Source: Alphaproteobacteria bacterium (GTDB taxonomy: Bacteria; Pseudomonadota; Alphaproteobacteria; MPNO01). Taken from it: a stretch of DNA of 64,000 bases. The notes beneath the pieces are model-generated. The model was not told the DNA's origin, ran no database searches, and saw only the letters and a list, made by a program, of their open reading frames with translations. The DNA lies in assembly GCA_965248835.1 (NCBI GenBank), contig CBDFLJ010000002.1, positions 736,001 through 800,000 of the forward strand, given 5' to 3'. Both the position numbers and the translations under genes were made by a program. Shown here piece by piece: positions 61,301 through 64,000 of this stretch; positions within the stretch are counted from its first letter, which is position 1; each line of letters starts with the position of its first letter.

Positions 61301-64000
61301 GGCCCGCGCCGACCAAGCTGGCGGCGGAGCCGGGCGACGGCCAAGCCATATTGCAGTGGGATACGGGCAACGCCTTGATCACCGATTATCGGATCCACTG
61401 GCAGGCCACCAGCAGCGGCGCGACGCCTGAGATCTTGGACGTCCCGGCCGGATCGGGGAACACGACGACCACCACCATTTCCACCTTGACCAACGGCACC
61501 GAATACACCTTCACGGTGCGGGCGGTGGATACGTCCGGCAGCACCGCCGTGATCACCGGCCTGCCCTCCAGCAAGATCGCCACGCCGGCGCCGGTGCCGG
61601 ACCCCCCGGCGAATCTCTCGCCCACGGCGCGTAGCCAGGAGGTTGCGCTCACCTGGACCGATCCGGACGACGACACGATCATCAAATACCAGGTCAGCAC
61701 CAACGGCGGCACGAACTTCATCGATATCGAGGGCAGCAGCGCGGCCACCACCACCACCACCGTGACCGGCCTGACCAACGGCACCGCGTACACGTTGGCG
61801 GTGCGCGCGGTGAACGGTGCCGGTCCCGGCGCGGCGCCCCGCGTGACCGCCACGCCCCTGTGGCCCGCGCCGGTCGTGACGGCGGCGGCGGACAGCGGCC
61901 GGGTCGTGCTGCAGTGGGACACGGGCGACCCCGGGATCGCCCGTTATGCGGTCCGGACGACGCTCACCGGCACCAACACTCAGGTTTCGGATAATGCGCA
62001 CGAGTCCGGATCGGGGAATAAGACGACCGTATCCGTTGGCGGGTTGACCGACGGCACCAACTACACCTTCACGGTGCGGGCGGCGTCGGGAACCTTCACC
62101 AATTTCCAGATCACCGGTGCGGCATCTACCGCGACCGCCACACCGGCGGTGGCTCTGCCCGCCGCGCCGACGGACCTCACGCCCACGGCGGGTGACGGCG
62201 AGGTTCTGCTTACCTGGGACGATCCGAAAAACCCCACGATCACCAAGTACCAGGTCAGCACCGACGCCGGCAGCGGCACGAAATTCACCGACATCGAGGG
62301 CAGCAATGCGGCCACCACCGCATACACCGTGACCGGCCTAACCAACGGCATCCAGTACACGTTTAAGCTGCGCGCGGTGAACGCTTCCGGTGACGGCCCG
62401 TGGGCCACCGTGACCGCCACGCCGATCGCGGTACCGACCGCCCCGGCGAACTTCGCGGCCACGCGGGGCAGCGACGGGGGCGAGGTGGCGCTGACCTGGG
62501 ACGATCCGGGCAACGTCCCGATCACCGGGTACCAATACCGGCAGAAGAGGGGCAACCGCGCTTTCGGCGACTGGACCGACATCGACGGCAGCGGTGCGAC
62601 CACCGTCTCACACACCGTGACCGGCCTGAGCAACGGCAGGCAGCACACGGTCGAGCTGCGGGCGGTGAACGCTTCCGGGGAGGGCGCGGCGTCCAGCGAT
62701 ACTGCCACGCCGCTGTGGCCCGCGCCGACCTTCCTGACGGTTACGCCGGACCACACCCGGGTTCATCTGGAGTGGACGGGCGTCCCCGGGGCGAAAGACT
62801 ATATTATCACAACCATAGGCCCCGGTTATGCAACTTCTTCGGTCATCGGCTTAAGCGAACCGACGTCGACGCTTGACGATACCATTAGTATCGATAATCC
62901 GTTGACCAACGGCGACGAATACACCTTCACCGTGTGGTCGACGGACGCTAGCGGCAGCATCCAAACCAGCGTGAAGGCCAGCGTGAAAGCCATACCGGTG
63001 GCGCCGCCGCTGCCAGACGCCCCGACGATTTCCTCGGCCACGCCGGGCGACAGCCGGGTCGTGCTGAAATGGGACGATCCGGGCAACATCACGATCACCA
63101 AGTACCAGGTCCGCTGGAAGGTGAAGGACAGCAACGACAGCACCTACACCCCCTGGGCGGACATCACCAGCCCCAACCCCTTTGCGACGCCCCCCACGCC
63201 CCCCACCACATACACCGCGACCGGCCTGACCAACGGCACGACCTACACGTTTGAGGTGCGCGCGGGGAACGGTACCGGTGAGGGCCCGGCGTCCACGGTG
63301 GACGCCAAGCCGATTGCGATCCCGGACGCCCCGGAGAACCTCTCGGCCGCGCCGGGCGACGGCCGGGTGGCGCTGTCCTGGGAGAAGCCGAGCAACGATG
63401 CAACCATCGGCAACTATAACTATGAAGTCAGCACCGACGGCGGCGACAACTACAGCGCGATCCCCGACAGCGACAAGGAGACCACCGCACACACGGTCAT
63501 GGGCCTGACCAACGGCACCGAGCACATGTTTGCCGTGCGTGCAGAAAACGATGCGGGTAAAGGCCTCGCAGCCACCGTGAACGCCAGGCCGATTGCGGTG
63601 CCGGCCGCCCCGACGGCGCTCTCGGCCACGGCGGGCGCCACCGAGGTTGCGCTGACCTGGGACGATCCGGAATAACGACACAATCACCGGGTACCAGGTC
63701 AGCACCGACGGCGGCGAGACGTTCGCCGATATCGACGACACCGACATCAGCGAAAACGATACGGACAACACTCTCGCCTACACCGTGACCGGCCTGACCA
63801 ACGGCACCGAGTACACGTTTGCAAGGTGCGCGCGGTGAACGCTTCCGGTGTGGGCGCGGCGTCTACCGTGACCGCCCCGACGCTGCCGGCCGCCCCGACG
63901 GGCCTCACGGCCGAGCGGGGTGACGGCGGGGGCGAGGTGGCGCTGACCTGGGACGATCCGAATAACGACACGATCAGCGGGTACCAGGTCAGCACCGACG
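58348..64000 (+). pseudogene. Giant secreted fibronectin type III repeat protein split by IS5 (5' part 58348-58500; 3' part from 59446; frameshift at about 63670)
   Basis: Signal peptide and AQVLVSNTGQ, resuming LGSEP..CAQGFTTG..GYDLSSI; 13 complete FN3 units (LTWDDP...YQ...TGLTNGT.Y.F.VRA.N) plus at least two more. Confidence 0.88.
58504..59445 (-). mobile_element. IS5 family element, copy 2
   Basis: Reverse complement of 42745-43686 with a few substitutions; flanks TGA / TTA. Confidence 0.93.

Noticed and set aside
59900-64000. DGR template/variable repeats among the FN3 or TPR repeats
   Set aside because: No reverse transcriptase in the window; repeats are in-frame domain duplications without evident adenine-specific variation.

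Overview
GC-rich alphaproteobacterial-type chromosome segment; the abundance of FN3, TPR, ankyrin and MORN repeat genes and TA modules suggests a host-associated lineage such as a sponge symbiont (inference). About 2.4-19 kb is an intact tungsten-linked formate dehydrogenase cluster (tupBCA, Mrp, DUF3305/3306, TorD-type chaperone, fdhABC, WD40-cytochrome c), followed by a sulfite-oxidase-family/cytochrome c pair. About 19-53 kb is a decayed island with two tRNA-derived att-like sites, several copies of prophage debris, TA modules (HigBA x2, HigB/HigA-ImmA x2, AbiE), IS630, IS3, IS5 and IS1380 remnants, and candidate defence genes. About 53-64 kb holds a TAXI-TRAP transporter, an arylsulfotransferase and a giant FN3-repeat surface protein split by IS5. 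The best novelty candidate is a two-gene locus at 50635-52821: a small helical protein and an NB-ARC/TPR (NLR-like) receptor share an N-terminal Q/N/G-rich motif (DQxGQxVGxQxNxA), suggesting amyloid-type signalling with an inverted effector architecture. All family calls come from motif recognition; no database search was run.
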